From an uncultured Gemmatimonadales bacterium (GTDB lineage Bacteria; Gemmatimonadota; Gemmatimonadetes; Gemmatimonadales; GWC2-71-9), in assembly GCA_963711915.1 (NCBI GenBank), contig CAVQGA010000012.1, positions 31,841 to 95,840 of the forward strand: DNA of 64,000 bases. The letters are read 5' to 3'. The notes under the pieces are model-generated. The model made no database searches. It saw only the letters and a list, made by a program, of their open reading frames with translations, and was not told the DNA's origin. The translations under genes and the position numbers were made by a program. Shown piece by piece: positions 1 to 9,868 of the stretch. Every line of letters starts with the position of its first letter. Position 1 is the stretch's first letter.

Positions 1-1
1 C

Positions 2-364
2 GACATCCTGCGCTTCATCACGCCCAGGGTGCGGATGATCGGCACCGGCTGGGTGGCGAGCGCCGGCGCGCTCATCTACGTCGCCGTACCCAAGGAGCGC
101 CGCTACTGCCTCCCGAACACGCGGTTCCTGCTGCACCAGCCGGCCGGGGGCGCCGGAGGCACCGCGAGCGACATCGACATCGAGGCGCGGGAGATCCTGC
201 GCATGCGCGATCGCCTCAATCGGATCTTCGCGCGCGAGACGGGACAGCCTCTCGAGCGGATCGAGGAGGACACCCACCGCAACTTCTGGCTCGGCGCGGA
301 GGCGGCGGTGCGCTATGGGTTGGTGGGACGGATCATCGACCACGCGGCGGACATGGACGCCTGA
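2..364 (+). CDS. clpP: ATP-dependent Clp protease proteolytic subunit, C-terminal part (5' end lies outside the window)
   Basis: The reading frame is open from the window edge. [11 protein letters not shown]...[24 protein letters not shown]...[20 protein letters not shown] matches the ClpP Ser/His region and C-terminus. Stop TGA at 362-364. Confidence 0.85.
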   Translation, partial: DILRFITPRVRMIGTGWVASAGALIYVAVPKERRYCLPNTRFLLHQPAGGAGGTASDIDIEAREILRMRDRLNRIFARETGQPLERIEEDTHRNFWLGAEAAVRYGLVGRIIDHAADMDA

Positions 365-708
365 GCGCCACCCGGGTCACACGCGGGGCGGGCGCCAGTT
401 GCCCGACGGACGGCGTCGAAGGTCTCCCTGAATGGCGCGTAAGACCCGGATCCGGCGTTCGCCGCTGGTCTCGCCGGGACGGTGTCCGGTGGAGCGGGCC
501 TGGGGTACGGTGGGCAAGCTTGATGGCGCCGGAACGGGCTCCGGCACTCTGGGCCGGCGCAGCGATAGCACTCTCAGCATCAATCCATACACGCCTGACC
601 CACCTGACATGTGGCACATCCGGGCAGAGGTGCCCCAATACTCTGGCGGGCGTGGCGCCTTCGCGGTGATTCGGGCCACACATCCGCGTCGGTAGGAAGG
701 ACCGCAGG

Positions 709-2427
709 CTACGTCCGCAGTTCGGGAAACTCCTCCTCCCGCCATTCCCATTCTCCCCGCGTCCCGTCGGCAGCCCGCTGCTGCTCGAGGGCCCGCAGCT
801 CCACCCGCCGGATCTTTCCGGAAATGGTCTTGGGGAGGTCGGCGAACTCGATGCGCCGGACGCGCACGTACGGCGCGAGCCGTCCGCGGATGAACCGGAA
901 GACCGCCAACGCGGTCTCCCGCGAGAGCGGAACGTCGCCGCGCAGGGCCAGAAACGCCTTCGGCACGCTGAGCCGCAGCGGGTCCGGGCAGGGCACGACC
1001 GCCGCTTCCGCCACATCCGGGTGCTCGACGAGCGCGCTCTCCAGCTCGAACGGACTGATCCGGTAGTCCGAGCTCTTGAACACATCGTCCGCCCGGCCGA
1101 CGTAGGTGATGTACCCGTCGGCGTCCCGCCGGGCGACGTCGCCGGTGTGGTACCAGCCGCCCCGGACCGCGTGGCCGGCGCGGGACTCGTCGTCGAGATA
1201 GCCGGCCATGAGGCCGAGCGGTGGAGGATCGAGCGAGAGGGCGATCTCGCCCTCGTCCACCTCCCGGTCTTCCTCGTCCAGCAGCGCCACGCGGTAGCCG
1301 GGGAGCGGGCGACCCATCGAGCCCGCCTTGACCGGCTGGCCGGGGGAGTTGCCGATCTGGGCGGTGGTCTCGGTCTGGCCGTAGCCGTCGCGGATCGTCA
1401 GGCCCCATGCCCGGCGCACACGCTCGATGACCTCTGGATTGAGCGGCTCACCCGCGCCAACCACCTCGCGCAGCCCCACGGTCCAGCGCCCCAGGTCCTC
1501 GCCCACCAGCATCCGCCAGACCGTGGGCGGGGCGCACAGCGTGGTCACGCCACAGCGGGCGATGGTATCGAGCACCCGGCGGGGATCGAACCGCTCGTAG
1601 TGGAATCCGAACACGGTGGCTCCCGCGTTCCACGGCGCGAAGAAGCTGCTCCACGCGTGCTTGGCCCACCCGGGGGAGCTGATGTTCCAGTGCAGGTCGC
1701 CCTCGCGCAGGCCGATCCAGTACATCGTCGAAAGATGACCGACGGGATAGCTCTCGTGCGTGTGCAGCACGAGCTTCGGGCGGGCGGTGGTGCCGGAGGT
1801 GAAGTAGAGCAGGAACGGGTCGCTCGCGCGGGTCTCCCCGTCGGGCGTGAATGCCGCGGGCTCGGTCGCGGTGTCCTCGTACGGCATCCAGTCGGCGACG
1901 CCGACCTCGGTCGCAATCCGGGAGTAGGATCCCGGCAGCTCGCGCAGCTTGGCGGCCCCGGCGGCGTCGGTCACGACGTGGCCGATCTCGCCGCGTTCCA
2001 TCCGGTCGGCCAGGTCGGCGCGGCTCAGTTGCGTGGTGGTCGGCACCACCACGAGGCCGAGCTTCATGGCCGCGAGCAGCGTCTCCCAGAGCGGGGCCAC
2101 GTTCGGAAGCATCAGCAGCAGCCGCTCACCGCGCCTGGCGCCAAGCGCGCGAAACCGGTTGGCGACGCGATTGCTTCGCTCGGACAGCTCGGCGAACGAG
2201 CGGCGGATCTCCGAGCCGTCCTCGGAGACGAGGCGAAGCGCCAGGCGCTGGTTGCCCGCGGCATACGGGTCGAACCAGTCCAGCGCCCAGTTGAACCGGT
2301 CGAGCGCCGGCCAGCGGAAATCCCGCGAGGCCGTGTCGTAGCGCTCACGCTGGGCGAGGAGGTACTCGCGGGCGTCGAGGAAGGGCTGTGCCGCGCGCAT
2401 GCGGGCTCCGTCGGTGGGGAAGGCCAT
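709..2427 (-). CDS. AMP-dependent acyl-CoA synthetase/ligase (medium-chain type)
   Basis: AMP-binding signatures are present: LLYFTSGTTARPKLV, DGYGQTE, GDVARRDADGYITYVGRADDVFK and C-terminal KTISGKIRR. Start set at ATG 2427 (MAFPTDG). The ORF-track 5' extension to 2556 is Arg-rich and judged spurious. Confidence 0.85.
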   Translation of the reverse strand: MAFPTDGARMRAAQPFLDAREYLLAQRERYDTASRDFRWPALDRFNWALDWFDPYAAGNQRLALRLVSEDGSEIRRSFAELSERSNRVANRFRALGARRGERLLLMLPNVAPLWETLLAAMKLGLVVVPTTTQLSRADLADRMERGEIGHVVTDAAGAAKLRELPGSYSRIATEVGVADWMPYEDTATEPAAFTPDGETRASDPFLLYFTSGTTARPKLVLHTHESYPVGHLSTMYWIGLREGDLHWNISSPGWAKHAWSSFFAPWNAGATVFGFHYERFDPRRVLDTIARCGVTTLCAPPTVWRMLVGEDLGRWTVGLREVVGAGEPLNPEVIERVRRAWGLTIRDGYGQTETTAQIGNSPGQPVKAGSMGRPLPGYRVALLDEEDREVDEGEIALSLDPPPLGLMAGYLDDESRAGHAVRGGWYHTGDVARRDADGYITYVGRADDVFKSSDYRISPFELESALVEHPDVAEAAVVPCPDPLRLSVPKAFLALRGDVPLSRETALAVFRFIRGRLAPYVRVRRIEFADLPKTISGKIRRVELRALEQQRAADGTRGEWEWREEEFPELRT

Positions 2428-2864
2428 CCTGCCCTGCGCCCGCTCTTTGCGGCGACCGGTAGCCGAAGACGACCGGCCGACGCCTGCGCTCCAGGGCGTT
2501 CGCCTCAATCGCACACGAGGCCAGCGCCTGGCCGGTCTGGAGTAGTCAAATTGCATCCTCGTCAGGGCACGATCCAGGGGTGCGGAGCCAAATGTCGGTG
2601 TCCGGGGAATGCGCGGAGTCGAGGGGGCGAACGGCCGGGTAGACGAGGAGAGGGGTGGGGAAACAGGTCCACGGACCGACGGCTATGTGCCGGGGAGGAC
2701 CCGGGATAGCCTTCGGTTCCCGGGCGTTCGAGCCCCCCGGTGGCGGCCTTGATGCCTGGGCCACCGCCGCAACGTGGGTCGCGTCACCGACCGGGTTTCG
2801 CCGAACCGTTAGTGTGTACGGTGATTTGCAGGCCGACGTCCTCACCCGTACGCTGGAGGCATGT

Positions 2865-3011
2865 ATGATTTGGCTAGCGGTGATCCTTCTGGTCGCATGG
2901 CTCCTTGGCTGGGGTGTGTTCCACGTGGCCGGGGGGTTGATTCACCTGCTGCTCGTGCTGGCGCTGGTGGTGTTCCTGTTCAACTTCATCAGCGGGCGGA
3001 GGACGGTGTAG
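2865..3011 (+). CDS. small membrane protein of the lmo0937 family (48 aa)
   Basis: MIWLAVILLVAWLLGWGVFHVAGGLIHLLLVLALVVFLFNFISGRRTV has the typical two-helix GGLIHLLLV...GRR signature. Start is an in-frame ATG within ORF 2655..3011. Confidence 0.7.
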   Translation: MIWLAVILLVAWLLGWGVFHVAGGLIHLLLVLALVVFLFNFISGRRTV

Positions 3012-3027
3012 AGCCACTGGACCTCGG

Positions 3028-3069
3028 ATGCAGGAAGGGCCGCCCCCCGGGGGGCGGCCCTTCCTGCAT
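3028..3069 (+). terminator. perfect 42-nt GC-rich palindrome immediately 3' of the lmo0937-like gene
   Basis: atgcaggaagggccgcccccc / ggggggcggcccttcctgcat has 21-nt perfectly complementary arms. There is no clear T-tract. Confidence 0.45.
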
Positions 3070-3622
3070 GTGCGAGCCGGTCGCGAATGAGGGATGGGCC
3101 GCGTGGTCCGCCGCTTTCCCCTTACGAGGGAGCCCGCCGGCCTGGCTCCGCGCTGGCGGCGCCGGCCCCCCCCCGGGTCACGAGCGGGGCGCCCGCGGCG
3201 TACGGTTGAGCTCCATTCCACCGAGGAGCCCGACCGTGCTGATAGCCTTCGGATCTTCACCCCCTCGCTCCCACCCTCCTCTGCGCGGTCGGTGCCCACG
3301 CCCAGTCGGTTGCCCGACCCGGCTCCTCCGCACTGTGGCGGCATTCTCCGACCGCCTGGGCGGATACCGCCGGACATCGGGATACGCTTGCGCCGGCGAC
3401 CAGGAAGTACCTGATCGGCGGCACGATCGGCGCACTGGTCGCGGCACTCTTCGCGAACCGGATCTGCCACGCCGGCGGCGGCGGGAGCTCGGATGGCTGC
3501 GCTGGCGATATGATTTGGTAGGCGGCCGTCGGTGGCATCGCAGGCGGCCTGATTGGCTCGTTCGGCGGCGGCGACGGCGATCGATGATCGTTCCGCAGGG
3601 CGCGGTGCACCGATTCGCCAGG

Positions 3623-4384
3623 TCATCGGGGGCCGGGCACGCGGGCGGGACCCGCCGCATCGTGGAAGATGATGCCCAGCGTGTGCCGTCGTCCCGACCT
3701 GATCCGGCTAACGCCGTGCCGGAGGTTGACGCGGTAGACTTCCCGACTGCCGCGGACCGGGCGCTGTCGCACGGTGAACACCACCCCGTCGCCCTGGCCG
3801 AGGGGCACCACCTCCGCCCGCGACTGCATGCGCGGCCGCTGCTCGGTCATGACGAACTCGCCGCCGGTGAAGTCGCGGCCGGGCTCGGACAGCAGAATCG
3901 CGAGCTGCAGCGGAAAGACCTCCTCGCCGTAGAGGTCCTGGTGCAGGCAGTTGTAGTCGTCCGCCCCATACTGCAGAAGCAGCGGCGTGGGTTGGGTCTG
4001 TCCCGTCGCGTGACAGCGAGCGAGGAACTCGGCGTGACCGGCGGGATAGTGCACCGCAACGCCCAGCGCCTCGTTCCACCGGTTGGCAACCGGCGCGAGC
4101 CTGGGATACGCCGCCGTTCGGATGGCGGCCACGACATCCGGCAGCGGGTAGCGGAAATACTGATACTCGCCGCGTCCGAACCCGTGCCGGGCCATCACGA
4201 TGCGGCTCCGGAAGGGCGGCTCGAGCGGATAGAGCGCGGCGAGCTCCCGGCACTCGCGCGGCGAGAGCAGCCGGTCGAGCACGGCGTTCCCGTGTGCGTC
4301 CAGGTCGCGGGCCACACGCCCCCAGTCGACCGTGCCGAACCGGTCTTCGACGCGCTCCGCCGGCGCCAGGGCCCCGGTGCTCAC
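3623..4384 (-). CDS. 2OG-Fe(II) oxygenase family protein, translationally coupled to ogt
   Basis: The C-terminal 253 aa of ORF 3623..5107 contain LHQDLYGEEVFPLQLAILLSEPGRDFTGGEF...RHGVSRIRSG, a HxD...H/RxS-like 2OG oxygenase core. The GTG start at 4384 overlaps the ogt stop (GTGA). Confidence 0.7.
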   Translation of the reverse strand: MSTGALAPAERVEDRFGTVDWGRVARDLDAHGNAVLDRLLSPRECRELAALYPLEPPFRSRIVMARHGFGRGEYQYFRYPLPDVVAAIRTAAYPRLAPVANRWNEALGVAVHYPAGHAEFLARCHATGQTQPTPLLLQYGADDYNCLHQDLYGEEVFPLQLAILLSEPGRDFTGGEFVMTEQRPRMQSRAEVVPLGQGDGVVFTVRQRPVRGSREVYRVNLRHGVSRIRSGRRHTLGIIFHDAAGPARVPGPR

Positions 4385-4920
4385 GCGCCCGCCTCGCGCC
4401 GGAGCAGCGCCCGCTTGCGGGCCGCCCCCCAGCGGTAGCCGGAGCGCGTCCCGTCGCCGCGGACGACCCGGTGGCAGGGGATGGCCACCGCGAGCGGATT
4501 CGCCGCGCACGCACCCGCCACGGCTCGGGCGGAGGCAGGCGCACCGATCCTGGCGGCGACCTCCGCATAGCTCGCCGTCGAGCCCGGGGGAATCTCGCGC
4601 AGCACCTGCCAGACCTGGCGCTGGAACACGGTGCCGCGCACGTCGAGGGGGGCGTCGAGTGAAAGGTGGGCGCCGTCTACGAAGGCGGCGACCCGCCGTG
4701 CGAGGCGGCCGATGCCATCCTCGCCGGCGGCGTCGGCGGCGTCGGGGAACCGCCGCCGGAGCTCGTGGATGAGGGCGGTGGGACTGTCGCCCAGCAATAT
4801 GGCGCAGATGCCGCGCTCGCTTGCCGCGACCAGGACGGTGCCCAGCGAGCACTCGCCGGTGCCGTAGCGGATCGCCGGCGAGCGGGGGAGATCGGTATCG
4901 TGCCTCGCTGTCGCGCGCAT
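4381..4920 (-). CDS. ogt: methylated-DNA--protein-cysteine methyltransferase
   Basis: Active-site IPCHRVV motif, preceded by TVFQRQVWQVLREIPPGSTASYAEVA and followed by GYRWG. Confidence 0.9.
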   Translation of the reverse strand: MRATARHDTDLPRSPAIRYGTGECSLGTVLVAASERGICAILLGDSPTALIHELRRRFPDAADAAGEDGIGRLARRVAAFVDGAHLSLDAPLDVRGTVFQRQVWQVLREIPPGSTASYAEVAARIGAPASARAVAGACAANPLAVAIPCHRVVRGDGTRSGYRWGAARKRALLRREAGA

Positions 4921-5115
4921 GTCGGGATCCTTTCGGTTGATGCTTCATTGCTGCACTGCGATGAAGCAGTCTAGCGCTCGCGGCCGACGCGCGCGCTCCG
5001 GATCTTGCGCCCAAACTGCTGCCCGGCGACGCCGTTTCCGTCGGCACTGCGGGCGGACCGCGGCGAGGTCGCCTGTCCTGAAAATGCAGGTGCCGCTCAT
5101 GCCCCACTGCCTGGC

Positions 5116-5595
5116 GTGAGGTCCGAGCACGTTCTCCGCACGAGGCTCCGCGTCGACCGCGCTCGCCCCGAGGTCTTCGCTTTCTTCGGGGAGGCCGCGA
5201 ACCTCGAGGCGATCACGCCGCCCGAGCTCCGGTTCCGGACTCTGACGCCGCTCCCGATCGCGATGCGGGTGGGGGCAGTGATCGACTACGCGCTCCGGCT
5301 CCACGGTGTTCGGATCCGCTGGCGGACCCGGATCAGTGAGTGGTCGCCCCACGATGGGTTCGAGGACGAGCAGATTGCCGGACCCTACGCCGTGTGGATC
5401 CATACGCACCGCTTCCGCGACGTCGGACCGGATAAGACCGAGATCGAAGACGAGGTGCGTTATGCCTTGCCGTTCGCCCCCATGGGCGAGCTGGCCGGCG
5501 CGCTCGTGGCGTGGCAGCTTCGGCGGATCTTTCGCTACCGCGCGGCACGGGTTCGGGAGCTACTCTCGCCGGAATCGCCCGCGAGGGCCGGTTGA
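5116..5595 (+). CDS. SRPBCC (cyclase/dehydrase-like) family protein
   Basis: VRSEHVLRTRLRVDRARPEVFAFFGEAANLEAITPP...ISEWSPHDGFEDEQIAGPYAVWIHTHRF is typical of the SRPBCC fold. The GTG start at 5116 was chosen and is uncertain. Confidence 0.55.
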   Translation: MRSEHVLRTRLRVDRARPEVFAFFGEAANLEAITPPELRFRTLTPLPIAMRVGAVIDYALRLHGVRIRWRTRISEWSPHDGFEDEQIAGPYAVWIHTHRFRDVGPDKTEIEDEVRYALPFAPMGELAGALVAWQLRRIFRYRAARVRELLSPESPARAG

Positions 5596-5855
5596 GCGGT
5601 GGATGGCGGGCCGGCGGACGCGGCCACGTCGATCGGCTGGTACCGGCGTGGCAAATGCCCCGGATCCCGGTACGCAGCACTCCGTCGCATCGACGTGTTC
5701 CGGCTGCTGGACGACCGCGGGGCCATTCGCGTGAAGCTGAGCCGCGGGGAGTGCGGCCCCGGACTCGTTTGCGGTCATTGTTTCGAGCCCGTAAGTTCTT
5801 CCCCGATGCCCCTCTCGAACAGCTCCCCGCACTCTCCGACCCGGAGCCCTGGCGA

Positions 5856-7193
5856 ATGACCCTGGCCCCGTTTCCTCCACCGATCGTTCCCAGCGACGTG
5901 ATCACGCAGGAGTTCCGCACCCCCCGCATGGTGCAGCGGGGGATCGTGGCCGGCGTCGTCGGCAACACGCTCGAGTGGTACGACTTCGCCCTGTTCGGGT
6001 TCTTCGCGCCGCAGATCGGCGCGCACTTCTTTCCCGCCCACGACCCGACCGCGTCGGTCCTGGCGGCATTCGGCACGTTTGCCGCGGGCTTCGTGATGCG
6101 GCCGGTGGGCGGCGCGTTGTTCGGCTGGATCGGCGATCGCTACGGGCGGAAACAGGCGCTCATCGGCTCCGTGATGGCGATGGCGTTCCCGTCCTTCCTG
6201 GTGGCCTTGCTGCCGGACGCGGCTCAGATCGGCCTCCTGGCGCCGGTGCTGCTGGTGTTGCTCCGCCTGATTCAGGGGATCGCCGTCGGGGGCGAGTACA
6301 TGGCCTCCGCGGTCTTCCTGGTCGAGGGTGCCGACTCGGGGCGGCGCGGCTGGATGGGCAGCTGGGGGCCGTTCGGCGCCTCGGCCGGGGTGCTGCTGGG
6401 CTCGGCGGCAGGCGCGGTCGTGAACCTGGCGCTGCCACCGGAGGCCGTGCTCGCGTGGGGGTGGCGCGTGCCCTTCGCGGTGGGTGTGCTCGTGGCGGTG
6501 GGCGGGCTCTGGATCCGGCGGCATTATGTGGAGCGCGTGCCGCAGCAGATGCCCGCCAAGTCGCCGGTCGGTGAGGCGTTCAAGGCCCACTGGCGGACGA
6601 TGGCCCATCTCGTCTTCCTGATCGCCGGTCTCAGCGTCGGCTTCTACACCACCTTCGTCTACTCCGCCACGTGGCTGCAGCAGATCGCCCAGGTTCCGGG
6701 GAGCCGGGCGCTCGGCATCAACACCGCGGCGATGGCGCTGCTGCTGGTGGTCAGTCCGATCGCGGGGTCGATGAGCGACCGCTACGGCCGCCGGCCCGTG
6801 CTCGCGTGGGCAGCCGGCGGATTGGCGCTGTTCGCCTACCCGCTCATGGCGCTCATGGCGCGCGCGACGCCGGTGAGCATCTTCGCGGGGCAGGCGGGGC
6901 TGGCGCTCCTGATCGGCACTGCCGGCGGAGCGCTCCCCGCCGCCATGGCGGAGCTGACGCCCTGGCGCGTCCGCTGCACGGTGTTGTCGGTGGGGTACAA
7001 CGTGGGGATGGCGGTGTTCGGTGGCAGCACGCCGATGGTCGCCACCTGGCTGCTCGCCAGGACCGGCCATCCCTTGGCACCCGCGGCTTACCTCGCCGCC
7101 GCGGGCGCGGCCGCGCTTGTCGCCGCCCTGCTCCTGCCCCGGGCGGCGCGGCACGGCATTACCCGGGAGTTCGCCGCCGCGCGATTGCGCTGA
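5856..7193 (+). CDS. MFS transporter, metabolite:H+ symporter (MHS/ProP-like) family
   Basis: LEWYDFALFGFFA, GWIGDRYGRKQALI and a second DRYGRRP motif are present. About 12 hydrophobic segments are seen by eye. Start ATG 5856 (MTLAPF). Confidence 0.8.
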   Translation: MTLAPFPPPIVPSDVITQEFRTPRMVQRGIVAGVVGNTLEWYDFALFGFFAPQIGAHFFPAHDPTASVLAAFGTFAAGFVMRPVGGALFGWIGDRYGRKQALIGSVMAMAFPSFLVALLPDAAQIGLLAPVLLVLLRLIQGIAVGGEYMASAVFLVEGADSGRRGWMGSWGPFGASAGVLLGSAAGAVVNLALPPEAVLAWGWRVPFAVGVLVAVGGLWIRRHYVERVPQQMPAKSPVGEAFKAHWRTMAHLVFLIAGLSVGFYTTFVYSATWLQQIAQVPGSRALGINTAAMALLLVVSPIAGSMSDRYGRRPVLAWAAGGLALFAYPLMALMARATPVSIFAGQAGLALLIGTAGGALPAAMAELTPWRVRCTVLSVGYNVGMAVFGGSTPMVATWLLARTGHPLAPAAYLAAAGAAALVAALLLPRAARHGITREFAAARLR

Positions 7194-7491
7194 TCGGCGT
7201 CCGGCGCGGCCGGGCGCCGGATTGGCTTCGACGCACCGCATCGATTCGCGCCGCTGCCGCTCCAGGCTCGCGCTCCCACCCGTGGCGTGTGCGGGCCGAC
7301 CTTTCGTCGGCCGTCCCTGGCTCTGACCCGGGCAGCGCCAGCATTCGCGGCGAGGATAGGAAGGCCACGCGCACCATCGGCTGTGATCCCGCCCGCTGCG
7401 GGCTGGACCTCGGGATGCTTGATTGGATGAGCAGAGCCCGCGGGGACAGGCCGCGCCCCGGGGCGCCACGCGAGTCGAGGAGCCACCGCAT

Positions 7492-7800
7492 ATGCCCAAT
7501 CCGGAGCAGGCCGACCCCATCAGGGGTCACACGATCCGCCTCACCTGGACCGACGGACCGACGAAGGGCAAGACGCATGAGCACGTCTTCGGCAAGGACG
7601 GCAAGGTCTCGTGGGGCCAGGAGCGTGTGCCGTACGGCGCCATGAAGGCGGGCGACGACGTCTACCTCATGTCCTACCTGTCGGCCTCCGGCTATACCCT
7701 CACGGTCGCGCTCAACTTCCGGGATCGAACGCAGGTGGGGTTCGCATCCAGCGCCGAAGAGTGGCATCCGGTGAAGGGGACATTCGAGGTGGCGGGTTGA
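7492..7800 (+). CDS. small MoaF / phenolic-acid-decarboxylase-like (calycin fold) protein
   Basis: GHTIRLTWTDGPTKGKTHEHVF...VYLMSYLSASGYTLTVALNFRDRTQVGF resembles the MoaF/PadC beta-barrel pattern. This is a weak assignment made by eye. Confidence 0.4.
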   Translation: MPNPEQADPIRGHTIRLTWTDGPTKGKTHEHVFGKDGKVSWGQERVPYGAMKAGDDVYLMSYLSASGYTLTVALNFRDRTQVGFASSAEEWHPVKGTFEVAG

Positions 7801-7876
7801 TGAGACCGCCCCGGGGGCGTACGAGGAGCACCGACGGCTCGGCGCTCGCGTTGGGACGGGACCGGCCACCCTCGTC

Positions 7877-8305
7877 ATGATCGTCCGGCGAGCCACCGTC
7901 GCCGACGCAAGCCGGATCGCCGAGCTGAGCGGTGTACTGGGCTATCCCGCGGATGCGGAGTCGATCGGCGCGCGGCTCGCCCGGTTGCTGGGACGGGACG
8001 AGCAGCTCGTCCTCGTCGCCGCGGCCGACGGCGGCGCGGCGGCCGCCTGGGTGCACGCGGCGGAGCAGGAGCTGATCGAGTCGGGTCGGCGCTGTGAGAT
8101 CGTGGGGCTCATCGTCGACCCGGAGCACCGGGGACAGGGCCTGGGGCGGGGGTTGGTGGCGGCAGTCGAAACCTGGGCCCGGCAGCGCGGCCTCCGGCTG
8201 ATCGCCGTCCGCAGCAACATCACCCGGACCGAGTCCCATCCCTTCTACGAACGGCTGGGCTACGTCCGGACCAAGACGCAGCACGCCTATCGCAAGCATC
8301 TCTGA
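7877..8305 (+). CDS. GNAT family N-acetyltransferase
   Basis: Acetyl-CoA binding motif IVDPEHRGQGLGRGLV and C-terminal FYERLGY. Confidence 0.85.
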   Translation: MIVRRATVADASRIAELSGVLGYPADAESIGARLARLLGRDEQLVLVAAADGGAAAAWVHAAEQELIESGRRCEIVGLIVDPEHRGQGLGRGLVAAVETWARQRGLRLIAVRSNITRTESHPFYERLGYVRTKTQHAYRKHL

Positions 8306-8312
8306 GGCAGCC

Positions 8313-8753
8313 ATGAGCGGCTTCTACGAGCCACCGCCGGCTTTCGGCTCTCCCTTCCGGGACCGCCTGCTCCACCCGAAGTGGGATCTCATCGCCGGCC
8401 GGCTCGGACGGCCCGCGCCGGAGATCCTGCAGGAGCTCTACGACCGCCAGGAGCTGGTGCTCCGATCCCACTTCCGGATCTCTCCGCCCGACGGCCGTGC
8501 GGAGCTGTGGCTCGACCTGTTCCTTCCGATGGACGAGGAGGCGCTCGAGCCCGACGGCCTCCGGCTCCCGCCGGGCGCCCTCGCCTTCGCGGACGACGAG
8601 CACGGCGACCCCTACTTCTACGTCCCCGACGCGACGGCAGCGGGCGATGGCCCGGTGTTCCTGCTGCAGCGCGCAGGCGGGAGCGAGACGGTGGTCGCGG
8701 TGGCACCGCTGCTCTCGGGCTTCCTGGAATGGGAGCGGCGCCAGAGCTCGTGA
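8313..8753 (+). CDS. SMI1/KNR4 (SUKH superfamily) protein
   Basis: APEILQELYDRQELV...ALAFADDEHGDPYFYVPD...GPVFLL fits the SUKH pattern. Confidence 0.5.
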   Translation: MSGFYEPPPAFGSPFRDRLLHPKWDLIAGRLGRPAPEILQELYDRQELVLRSHFRISPPDGRAELWLDLFLPMDEEALEPDGLRLPPGALAFADDEHGDPYFYVPDATAAGDGPVFLLQRAGGSETVVAVAPLLSGFLEWERRQSS

Positions 8754-8834
8754 GAGGAGTGGCGCCGGTTCGACGTCGTGCGCCTGTTCCGGCCGGGCCC
8801 TCCTCGTGGGGAGTCCAGCCGGAGACCGGTACGC

Positions 8835-9245
8835 TCAGGCGTCCGGCGGCCGGTAGAAGAACTGCTCCCGCACGATCTTCCCGTCCTGTACCGTGTACAG
8901 CGCCATCTCCGACATCCGGATCCGGCGGCCGGTCTGCCTGGAGGTCGCGTCGAAGTCGTACTGCACCGCGAACTGATGCTCGGCGATGAAGGGCCCGTTC
9001 ACTTCCACGGCATGCACCTCGTTGTTGGCGAGCCACCACTCGTTTTTCTGGCGGACGGCCTCGATGCCGGTCGTCTCCGCCGGCATCGTGTCGCTGCCGG
9101 CGGGCTCGATACTCACGATCTTGGTCGAGTACAGCTTGGCGATCGCGTCCAGATTCCGGCCGGCCCGGCACAGGGCCACGAGGTCGTGCGCGACGGCACC
9201 GGCGGCGGCTGGGGCTGCGGTTGGCATGGGTGTCTCCTCGGACAT
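8835..9245 (-). CDS. SnoaL-like / NTF2-fold protein
   Basis: 136-aa ORF with the NTF2-like pattern (LYSTKIVSIEP...EWWLANNEVHAVEVNGPF...YTVQDGKIVREQFFY). Confidence 0.6.
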   Translation of the reverse strand: MSEETPMPTAAPAAAGAVAHDLVALCRAGRNLDAIAKLYSTKIVSIEPAGSDTMPAETTGIEAVRQKNEWWLANNEVHAVEVNGPFIAEHQFAVQYDFDATSRQTGRRIRMSEMALYTVQDGKIVREQFFYRPPDA

Positions 9246-9304
9246 GGTGCCTCGGGACTAAATTAGGGCCTGTCCCGTCCACCGCCATGCCACGTGAGGT
9301 CACG

Positions 9305-9856
9305 ATGTCGGAATTTTCTGGTGCCGCCGCGACCGCCATCGCCGATGCCCGGTCCTATACCGCCGCCATCCTCGGTACCCTCGGCGAGCGCGATCCCATT
9401 GCGGTACTTCGCGCCACGCCGGGCGCCGTGCGCGAGGCGGTGGCCGGCGTTCCGGCGCCGCTCGTGTCGCTGCCCGAGCGGCCGGGGAAGTGGTCCATGC
9501 TCCAGGTGGCCCAGCACCTGGCCGACGCGGAGCTGGTCGGGGCGTTCCGCTATCGAATGATCCTCGCCCACGACCGTCCCAGCCTGCAGGGCTACGACCA
9601 GGATCGCTGGGCGGAGCGGCTCCGGTACGCCGAGGCCGATCTGGCCGGTGCGCTCGAGCAGTTCGGGGCGCTCCGCGCCGCCAACCTGCGATTGCTGGAT
9701 CGCACCACGCCCGCCGAGCGCGCGCGGGTCGGGGTCCATGCGGAGCGCGGCGAAGAGAGCATCGACCATCTGCTCCGGATGTACGCGGGCCACGATCTCG
9801 TGCACCTGCGGCAGCTCATGCGCATTCAGCGGGCGGTGGCTCCCGCCGGCACGTAG
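9305..9856 (+). CDS. DinB family protein
   Basis: WSMLQVAQHLADAELV...MYAGHDLVHLRQL shows a DinB-type His triad. Start ATG 9305 lies within ORF 9221..9856. Confidence 0.75.
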   Translation: MSEFSGAAATAIADARSYTAAILGTLGERDPIAVLRATPGAVREAVAGVPAPLVSLPERPGKWSMLQVAQHLADAELVGAFRYRMILAHDRPSLQGYDQDRWAERLRYAEADLAGALEQFGALRAANLRLLDRTTPAERARVGVHAERGEESIDHLLRMYAGHDLVHLRQLMRIQRAVAPAGT

Positions 9857-9868
9857 GTCGGCCGCACG

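Noticed and set aside
365-708. 345-nt gap after clpP, where clpX is often found; checked for an ncRNA
   Set aside because: There is no clpX-like ORF. I could not recognise a tmRNA, SRP RNA, RNase P RNA, 6S RNA or riboswitch signature by eye. It is left unannotated.
3390-3590. Possible glycine-zipper small membrane protein (KYLIGGTIGALVAALFA... then AAVGGIAGGLIGSFGGG in another frame)
   Set aside because: There is no convincing start codon or signal peptide, and the reading needs a frameshift. It may be a decayed gene, but it cannot be supported.
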